A stretch of DNA of 48,988 nt from Escherichia phage JLBYU09. Of the stretch, positions 7,509 through 16,813 are shown one piece after another; the first letter of the stretch is position 1, and the number at the start of each line of letters is the position of its first letter. The notes under the pieces were generated by a model. It was not told the DNA's origin and made no database searches. It saw only the letters and a program-made list of their open reading frames with translations. Location of the stretch: sequence record OK272487.1. One strand, written 5' to 3'. The position numbers were made by a program, and so were the translations under genes.

Positions 7509-7910
7509 ATGGTAGAGTTAAACGACATTCGCGTTGGAACAAAATTTCGCGTAACCTGGGCAGATGAATATTGCGGCGTTAGCAAGGGCCAGGTTGTTAC
7601 TGTGGATAGTATTTATCGCGGATGCAGCAAAGACTTTCGCCGCCCACGCATCAAGAATGGCTATATCATTACTCGCCGTTTTGGATTTGATCATTATTGC
7701 GTAGTGGCGACTCAAGGAGTTTTGATTGAGCTTAAGCGAATCAGCGATCATCGCGGCTGTCATGTTAAGACAATGAAGACACCATCTCAGCGATCGCGAT
7801 ACGATGCGCGCAGGATGCGCAGGCTTGCACGAAACGCGATCAAGTTCAAAAAGCCTGGTGGTAACTTTTACCGAATGTACAAAGGGATTGCGCGAAATGC
7901 TGGAAAATAA
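7509..7910 (+). CDS. hypothetical protein, basic C-terminus
   Basis: Track ORF 7464..7910; start moved to ATG 7509 after GAGAGGAAA RBS. Confidence 0.5.
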   Translation: MVELNDIRVGTKFRVTWADEYCGVSKGQVVTVDSIYRGCSKDFRRPRIKNGYIITRRFGFDHYCVVATQGVLIELKRISDHRGCHVKTMKTPSQRSRYDARRMRRLARNAIKFKKPGGNFYRMYKGIARNAGK

Positions 7911-8028
7911 CAACAACGCAACCAATCCAAAGCCGCCATTTGATTTTCATGAAATCATGATTGTGTTATTCTTGATTCTCTTAGTTATTTATTCAGTGAG
8001 GGCCGCACTATGGTTTTTAACGCACTAA
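7897..8028 (+). CDS. small membrane protein (43 aa)
   Basis: Internal ATG of track ORF 7804..8028 overlapping the upstream stop; hydrophobic IMIVLFLILLVIYSV. Confidence 0.35.
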   Translation: MLENNNNATNPKPPFDFHEIMIVLFLILLVIYSVRAALWFLTH

Positions 8029-8273
8029 AACGAATCTTTAAACCTGAATACCGGATCGTTGCTTGCACAGAATGCAAGATTTATTACCTGCAACGCCGCC
8101 GCGTTATTAGTGGGGATTGGGAATATCTGACGGATGATGCTTTCGGATTTTGGGCTATGGAGTTCAATAGCTACAGCGAAGCGCGTGAATACGCTAAAAA
8201 GTTGCACAAGTTCAGACCTTACAAGCTGCGTTTGCTGGTTGTCAAAAAATGCGATGTGTTGGATCACGAATGA
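8010..8273 (+). CDS. hypothetical protein
   Basis: 87 aa ORF in the co-directional early block. Confidence 0.5.
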   Translation: MVFNALKRIFKPEYRIVACTECKIYYLQRRRVISGDWEYLTDDAFGFWAMEFNSYSEAREYAKKLHKFRPYKLRLLVVKKCDVLDHE

Positions 8274-8449
8274 AAAGAGTAATTATCATTTTTATTACCA
8301 TTATCGCTGGTTGCTACCTGGCTTATAATTATAGCGGCATTGTTGAGTCAATCGGCGGGTTGATTATCTTCATGGCTGGCGGGTATGCTGGCTATTGTGA
8401 TGGATTCGAAAACGGAAAGCGTTACATGCTGACCGGAAAAAAGAAGTAA
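8270..8449 (+). CDS. small membrane protein
   Basis: ATGA overlap with upstream gene; two hydrophobic segments (VIIIFITIIAGCYLAY, GGLIIFMAGGYAGY). Confidence 0.5.
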   Translation: MKRVIIIFITIIAGCYLAYNYSGIVESIGGLIIFMAGGYAGYCDGFENGKRYMLTGKKK

Positions 8450-8491
8450 TGTTAACCGCGCCGCTCCGGTGGCGCTAAAAGGAGGAAGCAA

Positions 8492-8749
8492 ATGGCTAAA
8501 AGCAATCGTAAAATGTTGATTAACGCATTCGAAAAGGCAGCGCTTGAGCGTGGCTGGAATGACTCATTTCACACAGCAAACTGTATCCGCCGTTACGGAT
8601 TCAAGAATTGCCGCTCCTGGGCGCGTCAAATGGCTTCATGGTATGATCTTGATGCGCATTACCTTGATATGGATTGCGCCCTTGTTGAAATGATTGAGCA
8701 GGCCGCATTAGAGGATNGANCANNNNCGCANTNNNNNNTNGACCATTAA
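8492..8749 (+). CDS. hypothetical protein (3-prime end crosses N-run)
   Basis: AAAGGAGGAAGC RBS; Ns 8717-8738; true stop may be 8800-8802. Confidence 0.5.
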   Translation: MAKSNRKMLINAFEKAALERGWNDSFHTANCIRRYGFKNCRSWARQMASWYDLDAHYLDMDCALVEMIEQAALEDXXXXXXXXDH

Positions 8750-8800
8750 CGCAATCTGATTTTGACGATTTTGTGCGCGATGAAATTTATTATATGAGCT

Positions 8801-8845
8801 AATAGCACTTTTTGTTAAAACTTCCGCGAGGGCATTTGTTAAAGT
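8801..8845 (+). promoter_or_regulatory. conserved-box promoter-like element (box, 19-nt spacer, TAAAGT)
   Basis: AATAGCACTTTTTGTTAAAA at 8801-8820; TAAAGT at 8840-8845; stops TAA/TAG abut the box. Confidence 0.45.
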
Positions 8846-8877
8846 GTCCTCATTGAAGCGAAATAGAGGAAAGCGCA

Positions 8878-9096
8878 ATGAAAATCAAGATTATAGACGT
8901 GAACAATGCCATTAGTGGTGACGAACTTACACTTGAGGAGTGCGGGATTGAGGTTGGCGATGTGTTCGAAGTTACCGGACAATATCGCGATGGAACTTTG
9001 AGCATTCAAGCGCCACGAGATACCGATGATGGTTGCATCAAGGCTGGCGATGAATTGAGCGTTAACGAAGGTGAATATGAGGTTGTAGAAGAATGA
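8878..9096 (+). CDS. hypothetical acidic protein
   Basis: 72 aa; AGAGGAAAG RBS. Confidence 0.55.
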   Translation: MKIKIIDVNNAISGDELTLEECGIEVGDVFEVTGQYRDGTLSIQAPRDTDDGCIKAGDELSVNEGEYEVVEE

Positions 9097-9328
9097 TCAC
9101 GATTAACCTGTCAGAGCAGCANGCGNGNATNATGNNNGNNNNCAGGCAACGGTTAAAATCCCTGATACGGTAGCGCGTGAAGTTTTTAACCAGCTTGAAC
9201 ACGCATTTGTTCCTGTTGGCACTGATCAGGCAGAAACAGCGGCTTGGTTCGGAGAGAACGGATACAGAGATCAGCAAGTCGAAAACTGGAAGCGCAAAAA
9301 CGAGACTGCGGAGGAGGCCGGATTATGA
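9093..9328 (+). CDS. hypothetical protein (interrupted by N-run)
   Basis: ATG 9093 overlaps the upstream stop; Ns 9121-9143 shift the apparent frame; ends TGA 9326-9328, overlapping the next ATG. Confidence 0.3.
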
Positions 9329-9639
9329 TTTACATTCACTACTACCAGATCGGGACAAACGAAAACAAGCAGGAGCGCAGAGCAATTTGTGACACGCTCG
9401 ACGATGCGAAAGCACAGCAACGCGTTTTGGGTGGTGTAATTCAGGCTTTTGAGCCAGTGGAAGATATAGAGCACCGAGAGCATTTGAAAGAGATTGTTGT
9501 TGATGAAATTTCATCACTAATCGACGACATGACAAATCACGGGCCTGGTTCTCCGTGGGAAGAAGCCGGATCGACGGAGTGGGATTGTGCTAAAGTTGCA
9601 ACGCTTAACGAATTTCGTGAGTTGCTAGACGATTTTTAA
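9325..9639 (+). CDS. hypothetical protein
   Basis: Start taken at ATG 9325 (MIYIHYYQ) within track ORF 9244..9639, coupled to the upstream stop. Confidence 0.5.
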   Translation: MIYIHYYQIGTNENKQERRAICDTLDDAKAQQRVLGGVIQAFEPVEDIEHREHLKEIVVDEISSLIDDMTNHGPGSPWEEAGSTEWDCAKVATLNEFRELLDDF

Positions 9640-9709
9640 TTAAAATTGAATGCCTCATACAGCGAACAGGACGCATTTTGACGAGGTATTTTTTATGTAA
9701 GGTGATTCA

Positions 9710-9838
9710 ATGGGTAGCTATATAAAACCGTCGCAATGGTGCGCACAGAAGCAAGAGGAAGCATTAGAGCGCGGCAACAATGAAACAGCAATGCACTATT
9801 TCGAAATGTACAACTTGTGGAAGGGTAGAGGTCTGTAA
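9710..9838 (+). CDS. small hypothetical protein (42 aa)
   Basis: Hand-translated; AAGGTGA RBS; stop TAA overlaps the next ATG (TAATG). Confidence 0.35.
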   Translation: MGSYIKPSQWCAQKQEEALERGNNETAMHYFEMYNLWKGRGL

Positions 9839-10068
9839 TGTTTGGAATGAACGAGGCACAATTCAACGCTGCAAAACGCCAGGCTAAGAAGTGCGGCGAG
9901 GCAATGAAGGCGGATGTTGAAAAGCGCGGGAAGTATGTTGATGAAGTCATGAAGGGCATTATTGCCGAACATTATCAGCCAGTTGCGCCAATGCTGACAA
10001 TTACCCAATTCATCTGGTTGTGTGGTTATCTTCGTGGGAGATGGGGAAACGCATTTGACCGCGAATGA
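9838..10068 (+). CDS. hypothetical protein
   Basis: 76 aa track ORF. Confidence 0.5.
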   Translation: MFGMNEAQFNAAKRQAKKCGEAMKADVEKRGKYVDEVMKGIIAEHYQPVAPMLTITQFIWLCGYLRGRWGNAFDRE

Positions 10069-10232
10069 TTGACAACGATTTCCTGATTGGTTAGCATATT
10101 CAGCGTTTACATAAGAGCGGCATTAGTGCCGAACGGGTGGCGCGGTTGCCACGCAACAATGGCGATGTGCTGGAGGTTATTGCGATGCAATATAATCCGT
10201 AAGACGTATCGCCTTTTTTTATAGGTGAATAT

Positions 10233-10466
10233 ATGGAAAAGTACAAATTAACTTTCATGTTTAATAGCATGGTGATGAATCCCTTAAATGGTTACGCTTG
10301 CAATAGCTTTTCTGTTACCGTTAATGAGGATGAAATTGATGATGATGGAAAATTCATTCGAATTGGTGAATACTTGTACCCAGTGCACAATATCAATTGC
10401 ATCAAACGCGAGATCGTAAAAGATGAAGTACAAGGTAAGGTTGACGATCAGGCGAATGGGGCGTAA
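10233..10466 (+). CDS. hypothetical protein
   Basis: 77 aa; AGGTGA RBS. Confidence 0.5.
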   Translation: MEKYKLTFMFNSMVMNPLNGYACNSFSVTVNEDEIDDDGKFIRIGEYLYPVHNINCIKREIVKDEVQGKVDDQANGA

Positions 10467-10608
10467 TTGCTCGTCATGTAGACAAAGTTTTGAATGTGAT
10501 GTTGAAGCGCGCGGAGAGCTTGAGGCAGCAGCAAGAGCAAAAGAGTTGTCCGGCGCTAATCAAGACACTCACCAGTTTTCAATAGATCTTGTAAGGAAAA
10601 TGTCATGA
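10423..10608 (+). CDS. small Cys-containing hypothetical protein
   Basis: Overlaps upstream gene; start may be the internal ATG at 10456; CSSCRQSFEC; 3-prime ATGA coupling. Confidence 0.35.
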   Translation: MKYKVRLTIRRMGRNCSSCRQSFECDVEARGELEAAARAKELSGANQDTHQFSIDLVRKMS

Positions 10609-10844
10609 GTTCTGTAATTATTGGTTTGGTTGCTTTAATCATTGGTGTTCTAATCGGCTTTGTTGCTGTATCTTTCGTGGTGGCTGTTGGTGTTCGCTAT
10701 AAGTCAAAAAAAGGTGAATTTGCTTTAGCGTTTTGGGATGAAGATCAGAAAGTTTGGCAGGTTCGCGGTCACTACTTATCAATCGGTGGCAGGATTCACA
10801 GCACTATGAAGACAAATCCAGAAAAAGTAAAATACAAGTATTGA
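10605..10844 (+). CDS. membrane protein
   Basis: 79 aa; N-terminal hydrophobic segment VIIGLVALIIGVLIGFVAVSFVVAV. Confidence 0.5.
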   Translation: MSSVIIGLVALIIGVLIGFVAVSFVVAVGVRYKSKKGEFALAFWDEDQKVWQVRGHYLSIGGRIHSTMKTNPEKVKYKY

Positions 10845-10851
10845 ACAACTA

Positions 10852-10875
10852 CCCGCCAAATGGCGGGTTTTTTAT
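10852..10875 (+). terminator. rho-independent terminator
   Basis: Hairpin CCCGCC-aaat-GGCGGG followed by a T-run; separates the early block from the packaging genes. Confidence 0.6.
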
Positions 10876-10924
10876 TGCCTGCAATTTGTCTATAATGATG
10901 CTTTGTTATAAAGGAGGGCGCATT

Positions 10925-11446
10925 ATGGCTAAAAACGTTGAGCCAGCAGTAAAGGCTTGCAATTTTAAAAAACTATATAATAAGCAATATGGCGATATAG
11001 CAAAAATGACAAAGGCGCACAAGTACACGCCGGAGCAGGTATTTGATCTGGCTGTTCGTTACTTTACGTGGGCTGAGGAAAACCATATACAGGCTGCGGA
11101 AACGGCATCCTTTCAGGGTGACGTATACGAAAGTAAGATTCACAAGCCGCGCGTGTTCACCTTAAATGGATTCCGCTTATTCGCTGGCCTTTCTGCCTCC
11201 GTACTTGAAAAATGGCGACGTGAGCCAGGATTCAGCGATGTTATGGACTTTATCGACGGCGTTGTTTACGAGCAAAAATTCCAGCTTGCCGCAAACAATA
11301 TTGTTAACGCTGGATTCATTGGCAAAGAGATCGGCATTGAAAAGCCAGCTACCGTTACCATTGAGAATAACACAAGCGCCAGCGTTGACGCTGTAACGGC
11401 GGAGGAAGTAAAAGAGGCGGTAATTGACATTCTGGAGAAGATATAA
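10925..11446 (+). CDS. terS: terminase small subunit (putative)
   Basis: Called from position directly upstream of the large terminase and stop/start overlap at 11446; start moved to ATG 10925 after AAAGGAGGG RBS. Confidence 0.5.
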   Translation: MAKNVEPAVKACNFKKLYNKQYGDIAKMTKAHKYTPEQVFDLAVRYFTWAEENHIQAAETASFQGDVYESKIHKPRVFTLNGFRLFAGLSASVLEKWRREPGFSDVMDFIDGVVYEQKFQLAANNIVNAGFIGKEIGIEKPATVTIENNTSASVDAVTAEEVKEAVIDILEKI

Positions 11447-13014
11447 TGCTGATTTGGGAAGACTTAACAGCGGCGCAAAAACGCGCCGTTAAGGAAATGA
11501 GCGAATATTCATTCGAAAAGATGATCCGCATTTGGTTTCAACTTCTCCAGGGGCAAAGGTTTTTAGGAAACTGGCATTTCAGTTACCTATGCAGCGAAGT
11601 TGAAAAAATCATCAAAGGCGAGTCACAGAATGTAATTTTCAACATAACGCCAGGCAGTGGTAAAACAGAGATATTCTCGATCCACATGTCACCTTATGCG
11701 TCATTGAAAAGTAAGAAGGTGAGAAATCTTAATTTGTCGTTTAGTGATGGCCTTGTCCAGCAGAATAGCAACCGCATCAAAGAGATTATTGGTTCTCCAG
11801 AATGGCAGGAGCTATGGCCTGGAAAGTTGGCAAAGGCGAGCGCAAAGGATTTGATTGTAACTGATGGCGGCAAGGTTAAATTACAAGTTAACTCGCGTTC
11901 TATCGGAGGTCAGGTTACTGGTCTGCGTGGTGGCTACATGGACGATGGTTTTACTGGTATGTTGGTTCTTGATGATCCAGACAAGCCGGATGACATGCTT
12001 TCTAAGGTGAAGCGCGAAGCCGGACACATGCGCCTAAAGAACACGGTGCGATCGCGTCGAATGAAGGACACCACGCCAATTGTGATGGTTCAGCAACGTC
12101 TACACGTCAATGATTCAACATGGTTCATGACAAACGGCGGCATGGGCGGCATCAAGTTTAAGGTGGTTAGTATTCCGGCGCTCGTTACTAAGGAATATCG
12201 CGAAACGCTTCCTGATTGGTTAAAGCCTGAGTTTGATCGCGATGTTTTGTCCAGTAAGCCAGTGATGATTGATGGCGTTGCTCATTATTCATTCTGGCCT
12301 GCTAAGGAAAGCGCGGATGAATTGCTTGCGCTTCGCAATGCCGATCCGTACACGTTCGCTAGTCAGTATCAGCAACAGCCTGTTGCGCTTGGCGGTAACG
12401 TGTTTAAAACAGAGTGGTTTCAGTATTACGGAAGCAGCGAGAAATGCACGCTACCAAAACCGGATCGCTTTGAATATACATTTATCACGGTTGATACCGC
12501 GCAGAAAACAGGGGAGCTTAACGACTATTCCGTGATCTGTTATTGGGGGATGTATAAAGATCGTGTCTACTTCATTGATGGCGTTCGCGGGAAATGGGAA
12601 GCACCGGACCTTGAGACGAATTTTGTTGCATTCGTTAATCAGTGCTGGAAGCGCAATAAAGAATGCGGAACGTTGCGAAGGATTCATGTTGAAGATAAAT
12701 CGTCTGGCACTGGATTGATTCAGAGTGCGGCGAAAAAAATCATGATCAAGATCAATCCCGTTCAGCGCGATAAAGACAAGGTTACTCGTGCAATGGACGC
12801 AGCACCAGTAATGCGCGCCGGACGCGTGGCACTTCCAGAATCTCATTCTATGCTGGCTGAGATACTCGCTGAAGTTGCGGCGTTCACATTCGATGATTCG
12901 CATCCTCATGATGATATTGTTGATAACATCATTGATGCGGTTAACATTGAAATGAACATGGCAGATGATCCGGTTGGAAGAATGAAAAAATTGGCAGGTT
13001 TGCGGAACAAATAG
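11446..13014 (+). CDS. terL: terminase large subunit
   Basis: 522 aa; P-loop ITPGSGKTE near the N-terminus; size and position typical of TerL. Confidence 0.8.
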   Translation: MLIWEDLTAAQKRAVKEMSEYSFEKMIRIWFQLLQGQRFLGNWHFSYLCSEVEKIIKGESQNVIFNITPGSGKTEIFSIHMSPYASLKSKKVRNLNLSFSDGLVQQNSNRIKEIIGSPEWQELWPGKLAKASAKDLIVTDGGKVKLQVNSRSIGGQVTGLRGGYMDDGFTGMLVLDDPDKPDDMLSKVKREAGHMRLKNTVRSRRMKDTTPIVMVQQRLHVNDSTWFMTNGGMGGIKFKVVSIPALVTKEYRETLPDWLKPEFDRDVLSSKPVMIDGVAHYSFWPAKESADELLALRNADPYTFASQYQQQPVALGGNVFKTEWFQYYGSSEKCTLPKPDRFEYTFITVDTAQKTGELNDYSVICYWGMYKDRVYFIDGVRGKWEAPDLETNFVAFVNQCWKRNKECGTLRRIHVEDKSSGTGLIQSAAKKIMIKINPVQRDKDKVTRAMDAAPVMRAGRVALPESHSMLAEILAEVAAFTFDDSHPHDDIVDNIIDAVNIEMNMADDPVGRMKKLAGLRNK

Positions 13015-13044
13015 CACGAATCGACAAACCAATATATAATCAAA

Positions 13045-13070
13045 GGCTGGTAAATCCAGCCTTTTTTATT
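13045..13070 (+). terminator. rho-independent terminator
   Basis: Hairpin GGCTGG-taaat-CCAGCC followed by TTTTTTATT, after a partial conserved box (AATAGCACGAA). Confidence 0.55.
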
Positions 13071-13082
13071 GGAGGAAAGATA

Positions 13083-14363
13083 ATGAGTAAATCACGAATC
13101 GTTAAGGCTGATGGCTATAACGAGATCTTTAAAGGCGAGAATTGCAAATCGCGAGTAGAGCAACCATTCTACATGCAATCAATGCCATACAAGACACTTG
13201 CTGACTTTTACGAAAAAGACGGCCTGGCAAAAAGGGTTATTGACGTAGTACCAGAGGAAATGGTTTCCCCTGGCTTCACGGTTGACGGCGTGGCAGACGA
13301 GGCAGCATTCCGTTCTTTGTGGGATGAGAAGCGATTGAATGCAAAAATTATTGATGCGCTTTGCTGGTCGCGTTTGTTTGGTGGATCTGCAATCATTGCT
13401 CTTGTTCAGGATGGGCGAGCGCTCAAATCACCTGTAAAGCCTGGTGCCATGTTGGAGGATGTGCGAGTTTACGATCGCTATCAGATTCGCGTTGAAGCGC
13501 GCGAAACTAATCCCCGCAAGGTTCGCTATGGTGAGCCAGTGCTTTACACTGTAACGCCAGGCGGAGACTTGCCGGAATACCAGGTACACTACACGCGCGT
13601 TTGCATTATCGACGGTGAGCGGATACCTAACGCAAAGCGACGCAGCAATGATGGCTGGGGTGAGTCAGTTCTTAACAAGCGACTTGTTGAGGCTATTGTT
13701 GATTATAACTATTGTGAAACATTGGCAACGCAATTATTGCGGCGTAAGCAACAGGCGGTATGGAAGGCTAAAGGACTCGCTGACTTGTGCGATGATGAGG
13801 AAGGTGTTAGCGCGGCACGCCTGAGACTTGCGCAGGTTGACGATGAGGGCGGCGTAGGCAAGGCCATTGGTATTGATGCTGAGGATGAGGAATATGATGT
13901 TCTTAACTCTGACATTAGCGGAGTTGATTCTTTTCTGGAAAAGAAAATGGATCGCATAGTTTCCCTTTCAGGTATTCATGAAATCATCCTGAAAAATAAA
14001 AACGTTGGCGGCGTTAGCGCAAGCCAAAACACGGCGCTTGAAACATTCTATAAACTTATTGAGCGAAAACGCGTTGAGGATTACAAACCTATCCTTGAAT
14101 TTCTATTGCCGTTCATCATTAGTGAGCAGGAGTGGAGCATTGAGTTTTCACCTTTGAGCGTGCCTAGCGATAAAGATCAGGCTGAAATTCTGAATAAGAA
14201 TATCGACTCAATCAGCAAGGCTATTGATGGTCAGTTCCTTGATGTTGAAGAAGCGCGAGACACGTTGCGAGCAATCGCCCCAAGCGTTAAACTAAAGGAC
14301 ACTAATAAAATCAAGCTGCCGGAGCCATCGGAGCCGGAGCCAGGCACGCAGGGGAATGAGTAA
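13083..14363 (+). CDS. portal protein
   Basis: 426 aa directly after the terminase; acidic C-terminus; GGAGGAAAG RBS. Confidence 0.75.
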   Translation: MSKSRIVKADGYNEIFKGENCKSRVEQPFYMQSMPYKTLADFYEKDGLAKRVIDVVPEEMVSPGFTVDGVADEAAFRSLWDEKRLNAKIIDALCWSRLFGGSAIIALVQDGRALKSPVKPGAMLEDVRVYDRYQIRVEARETNPRKVRYGEPVLYTVTPGGDLPEYQVHYTRVCIIDGERIPNAKRRSNDGWGESVLNKRLVEAIVDYNYCETLATQLLRRKQQAVWKAKGLADLCDDEEGVSAARLRLAQVDDEGGVGKAIGIDAEDEEYDVLNSDISGVDSFLEKKMDRIVSLSGIHEIILKNKNVGGVSASQNTALETFYKLIERKRVEDYKPILEFLLPFIISEQEWSIEFSPLSVPSDKDQAEILNKNIDSISKAIDGQFLDVEEARDTLRAIAPSVKLKDTNKIKLPEPSEPEPGTQGNE

Positions 14364-15127
14364 TGAAAGTGAATGGCGTCGTTAAACAATGGCGCTTTCC
14401 TGAAGCAAGCGAGCGGCAATTTAGCCGCTCAATTCAGGAGGCAATTAGAGATCTTGTGGTTCTCATGCGCAAGCGTACAAAAGCGATGAAGTTTGACGCA
14501 ACAGATAATGAGATCAACAGCGCAGAAGATGAAATTAACAACTTGGCAACTGACCTTATAGCTGGCATTGTTTCCACTCTTCCTGCAATAGCGTTGACCA
14601 TCTATAAATTCAATGCGAAGCAGTTCATAAATGTTGCCAAGTCAACTGGCGGAAAGGATAACACGGCGGTAATTGTTTTGATCGCGGTTGGCGCTAACGC
14701 TAACGAGGAGTGGTATCAGACGCTTTACGGTCAATGGCACGGCCTTACAGAATCATCGCTAAGAAAGTTATTCACAAATATTGTGTCTGACTGGTCAACA
14801 AACATTCGCAATGCAAACTTTCGCGGAAGCAATGATAAACAGGTTAATGATCTTGCAGAAAAGAGATTTGCTGTTTATAGCTCCTGGGGTAAAACGAGAT
14901 CAGAAAACATTATCGGCGCGTGGAATAGTCGCCTGATGCGCCAGCGCCTTTATGATGCTAAGGTGACTCATTATTTCTGGCATGGAATGTTAGATGATAG
15001 AGAGCGCTTGCAGCATGTGTTATGGGAAGGTAAAAGAATAGCGCTTGATGCAATTCATGATTTCCCTGGTGAGCCGTGGGGTTGCCGTTGCTGGGCGATT
15101 CCAGATTGGAATAGTAAAGGAGAATAA
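14363..15127 (+). CDS. head morphogenesis / minor capsid protein (SPP1 gp7 or Mu F-like)
   Basis: Position after portal; C-terminal GEPWGCRCW motif. Confidence 0.55.
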   Translation: MKVNGVVKQWRFPEASERQFSRSIQEAIRDLVVLMRKRTKAMKFDATDNEINSAEDEINNLATDLIAGIVSTLPAIALTIYKFNAKQFINVAKSTGGKDNTAVIVLIAVGANANEEWYQTLYGQWHGLTESSLRKLFTNIVSDWSTNIRNANFRGSNDKQVNDLAEKRFAVYSSWGKTRSENIIGAWNSRLMRQRLYDAKVTHYFWHGMLDDRERLQHVLWEGKRIALDAIHDFPGEPWGCRCWAIPDWNSKGE

Positions 15128-15130
15128 TTA

Positions 15131-16243
15131 ATGAAGGCAAAACAAAGATTTGATAGCGTCCAGGTTAAGGCGCATTTTGATGATAATGGCTTTTTAGTGG
15201 ATCGCCCAATTGTGGCGCGAATTGGCTTGCAGGAGTACCGCACACCGTATGGAATCAGACGAGAGTTCCGTCCAGCGTCCGAGGTGTTCAAGGCTGATTC
15301 GCTTGCTACGTTCGCAGGCAAGCCGATCACTATCGGTCACGTCACAGTGACGCCAGATAATGCGGATCAGGTTGTTGTTGGTTCATGCGCTGGCGCTGGT
15401 GTTCCAAATGGGATTGGCGTTGAAGTTCCGTTAAGCATTTACTCAAAGCGAGCAATTGAGAGCGCAAAAAAGAAAGACACGGCGGAAATTTCAGTTGGTT
15501 ACACATCGGTTGATATTGATAAGCCAGGGTGGGGTAATAATAAAACTGGTGATTACTTGTTTGAGGAAGACCTTAAGGAAGACTGGAAGCCTGATTCTCC
15601 TGATTGGGTTAAATTTGACGCCATTCAGACGAATATTCGTGTTAATCACATTGCGCTCGTCTTTCGTGGTCGTGCTGGAATTGCCAAATTAAATCTTGAT
15701 AGCGAACAGGATTTTCCGTATAGTGACGAGGTTTCAAATGACAAAGGAGATGAGGAAATGACAGTAAAAATCAAACTTGATGGCGCGGTAGAATTTGATG
15801 TTCCAAAGGCCGTTGCTGATCATATTGAGGCGTTAAAGGCAGATGCAAAAGCTGCAACCGAAAAAGCTGATGGCCTTGAGGCCGAGCGTGACGCCCTGAA
15901 AACTAAAGTCGATGGCATTCCGGCGCAGATTGCAGAAGCTGTTAAGAAGGCAAAGACTGACGCAGAAGAACACGCCAAGCTGGTTGCAGATGCAACTGAA
16001 ATTGGCATCAAGTGTGACGGATTGGACGCTAAAGCGATCAAGGTTGCTTACGTCAAAGAAGTCACTGGCGCTGATATTTCAGAAAAAGCAGATGCATATA
16101 TTGAAACAGCTTTTGACCTTGCGAAGCAGTCTGATAAAATGGCGGCGCAGCGTAAATCTGTTAAGGGCGATTCTTTCGAATCTGGCAAGAGTGAAAAAAC
16201 CGACTCCCTTGATCCGACTGCGCGTTTGAAAAAACTTAAATAA
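15131..16243 (+). CDS. putative scaffolding / prohead maturation protein
   Basis: 370 aa; globular N-terminal half and Ala/Lys/Glu-rich helical C-terminal half. Confidence 0.45.
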   Translation: MKAKQRFDSVQVKAHFDDNGFLVDRPIVARIGLQEYRTPYGIRREFRPASEVFKADSLATFAGKPITIGHVTVTPDNADQVVVGSCAGAGVPNGIGVEVPLSIYSKRAIESAKKKDTAEISVGYTSVDIDKPGWGNNKTGDYLFEEDLKEDWKPDSPDWVKFDAIQTNIRVNHIALVFRGRAGIAKLNLDSEQDFPYSDEVSNDKGDEEMTVKIKLDGAVEFDVPKAVADHIEALKADAKAATEKADGLEAERDALKTKVDGIPAQIAEAVKKAKTDAEEHAKLVADATEIGIKCDGLDAKAIKVAYVKEVTGADISEKADAYIETAFDLAKQSDKMAAQRKSVKGDSFESGKSEKTDSLDPTARLKKLK

Positions 16244-16255
16244 GGAGAAATAAAC

Positions 16256-16768
16256 ATGGCTACAATTGGAGCAAGTTATTTTGCTGTAATGTCTCGTGCG
16301 TTACCTGGTCAGGTTTCTGACACTTCAGCTTATAATATTGATGGCGCTTGTGTTCTTGAGAATGCGGCAGGCAATCAGAATCAGTCTGTTTTTGTTGGTG
16401 TGGCGGTCCAGCATGGCGGCGTTGATGCTATGGGCAATAAGCTAATTAAGCCGATGGCGGCAAGCGGCAAGGCTTACGGCGTTGCAATTCGATCTCACTT
16501 TCAGACAACTTCGTCTGACGGTCGAATGATTTATGAATCTGGCGGCGGAATCAACGTAATGACTGAGGGGCGTGTTTGGATGTTGGCTAAAGACGCTTCC
16601 GCTCCAGCGTTCGGCGCTACAATCAAACTTTCTGATGATGGTCAGGTTGATACCGCGTCTGGCACTATCGAAACAAACTGGATCGCGACTGGTGATTTCA
16701 CCGAGTTTCAAGGCTTGAAGCTGGTAGAGGTTCAGGTGCAAAAAGTTCCGGCAGTTTCAGCAGGTTAA
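16256..16768 (+). CDS. capsid-associated protein (paralog 1)
   Basis: 170 aa; AAGGAGAAA RBS; followed by a strong terminator; paralogous to the next gene. Confidence 0.45.
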   Translation: MATIGASYFAVMSRALPGQVSDTSAYNIDGACVLENAAGNQNQSVFVGVAVQHGGVDAMGNKLIKPMAASGKAYGVAIRSHFQTTSSDGRMIYESGGGINVMTEGRVWMLAKDASAPAFGATIKLSDDGQVDTASGTIETNWIATGDFTEFQGLKLVEVQVQKVPAVSAG

Positions 16769-16775
16769 TAAATAT

Positions 16776-16799
16776 GGCGCTCACTGAGCGCCTTTTTTA
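16776..16799 (+). terminator. rho-independent terminator
   Basis: Hairpin GGCGCTC-act-GAGCGCC followed by TTTTTTAT. Confidence 0.6.
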
Positions 16800-16813
16800 T
16801 ATTTGGGGTTATC

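Noticed and set aside
10080-10200. Possible tRNA gene in the 10.07-10.23 kb gap
   Set aside because: GC dyads are present, but no cloverleaf with acceptor stem, anticodon arm and T-loop consensus (GTTC) could be built by eye; kept only as a candidate small RNA.
12451-13032. 193-aa minus-strand ORF
   Set aside because: Antisense inside the large terminase gene; no start-site support.
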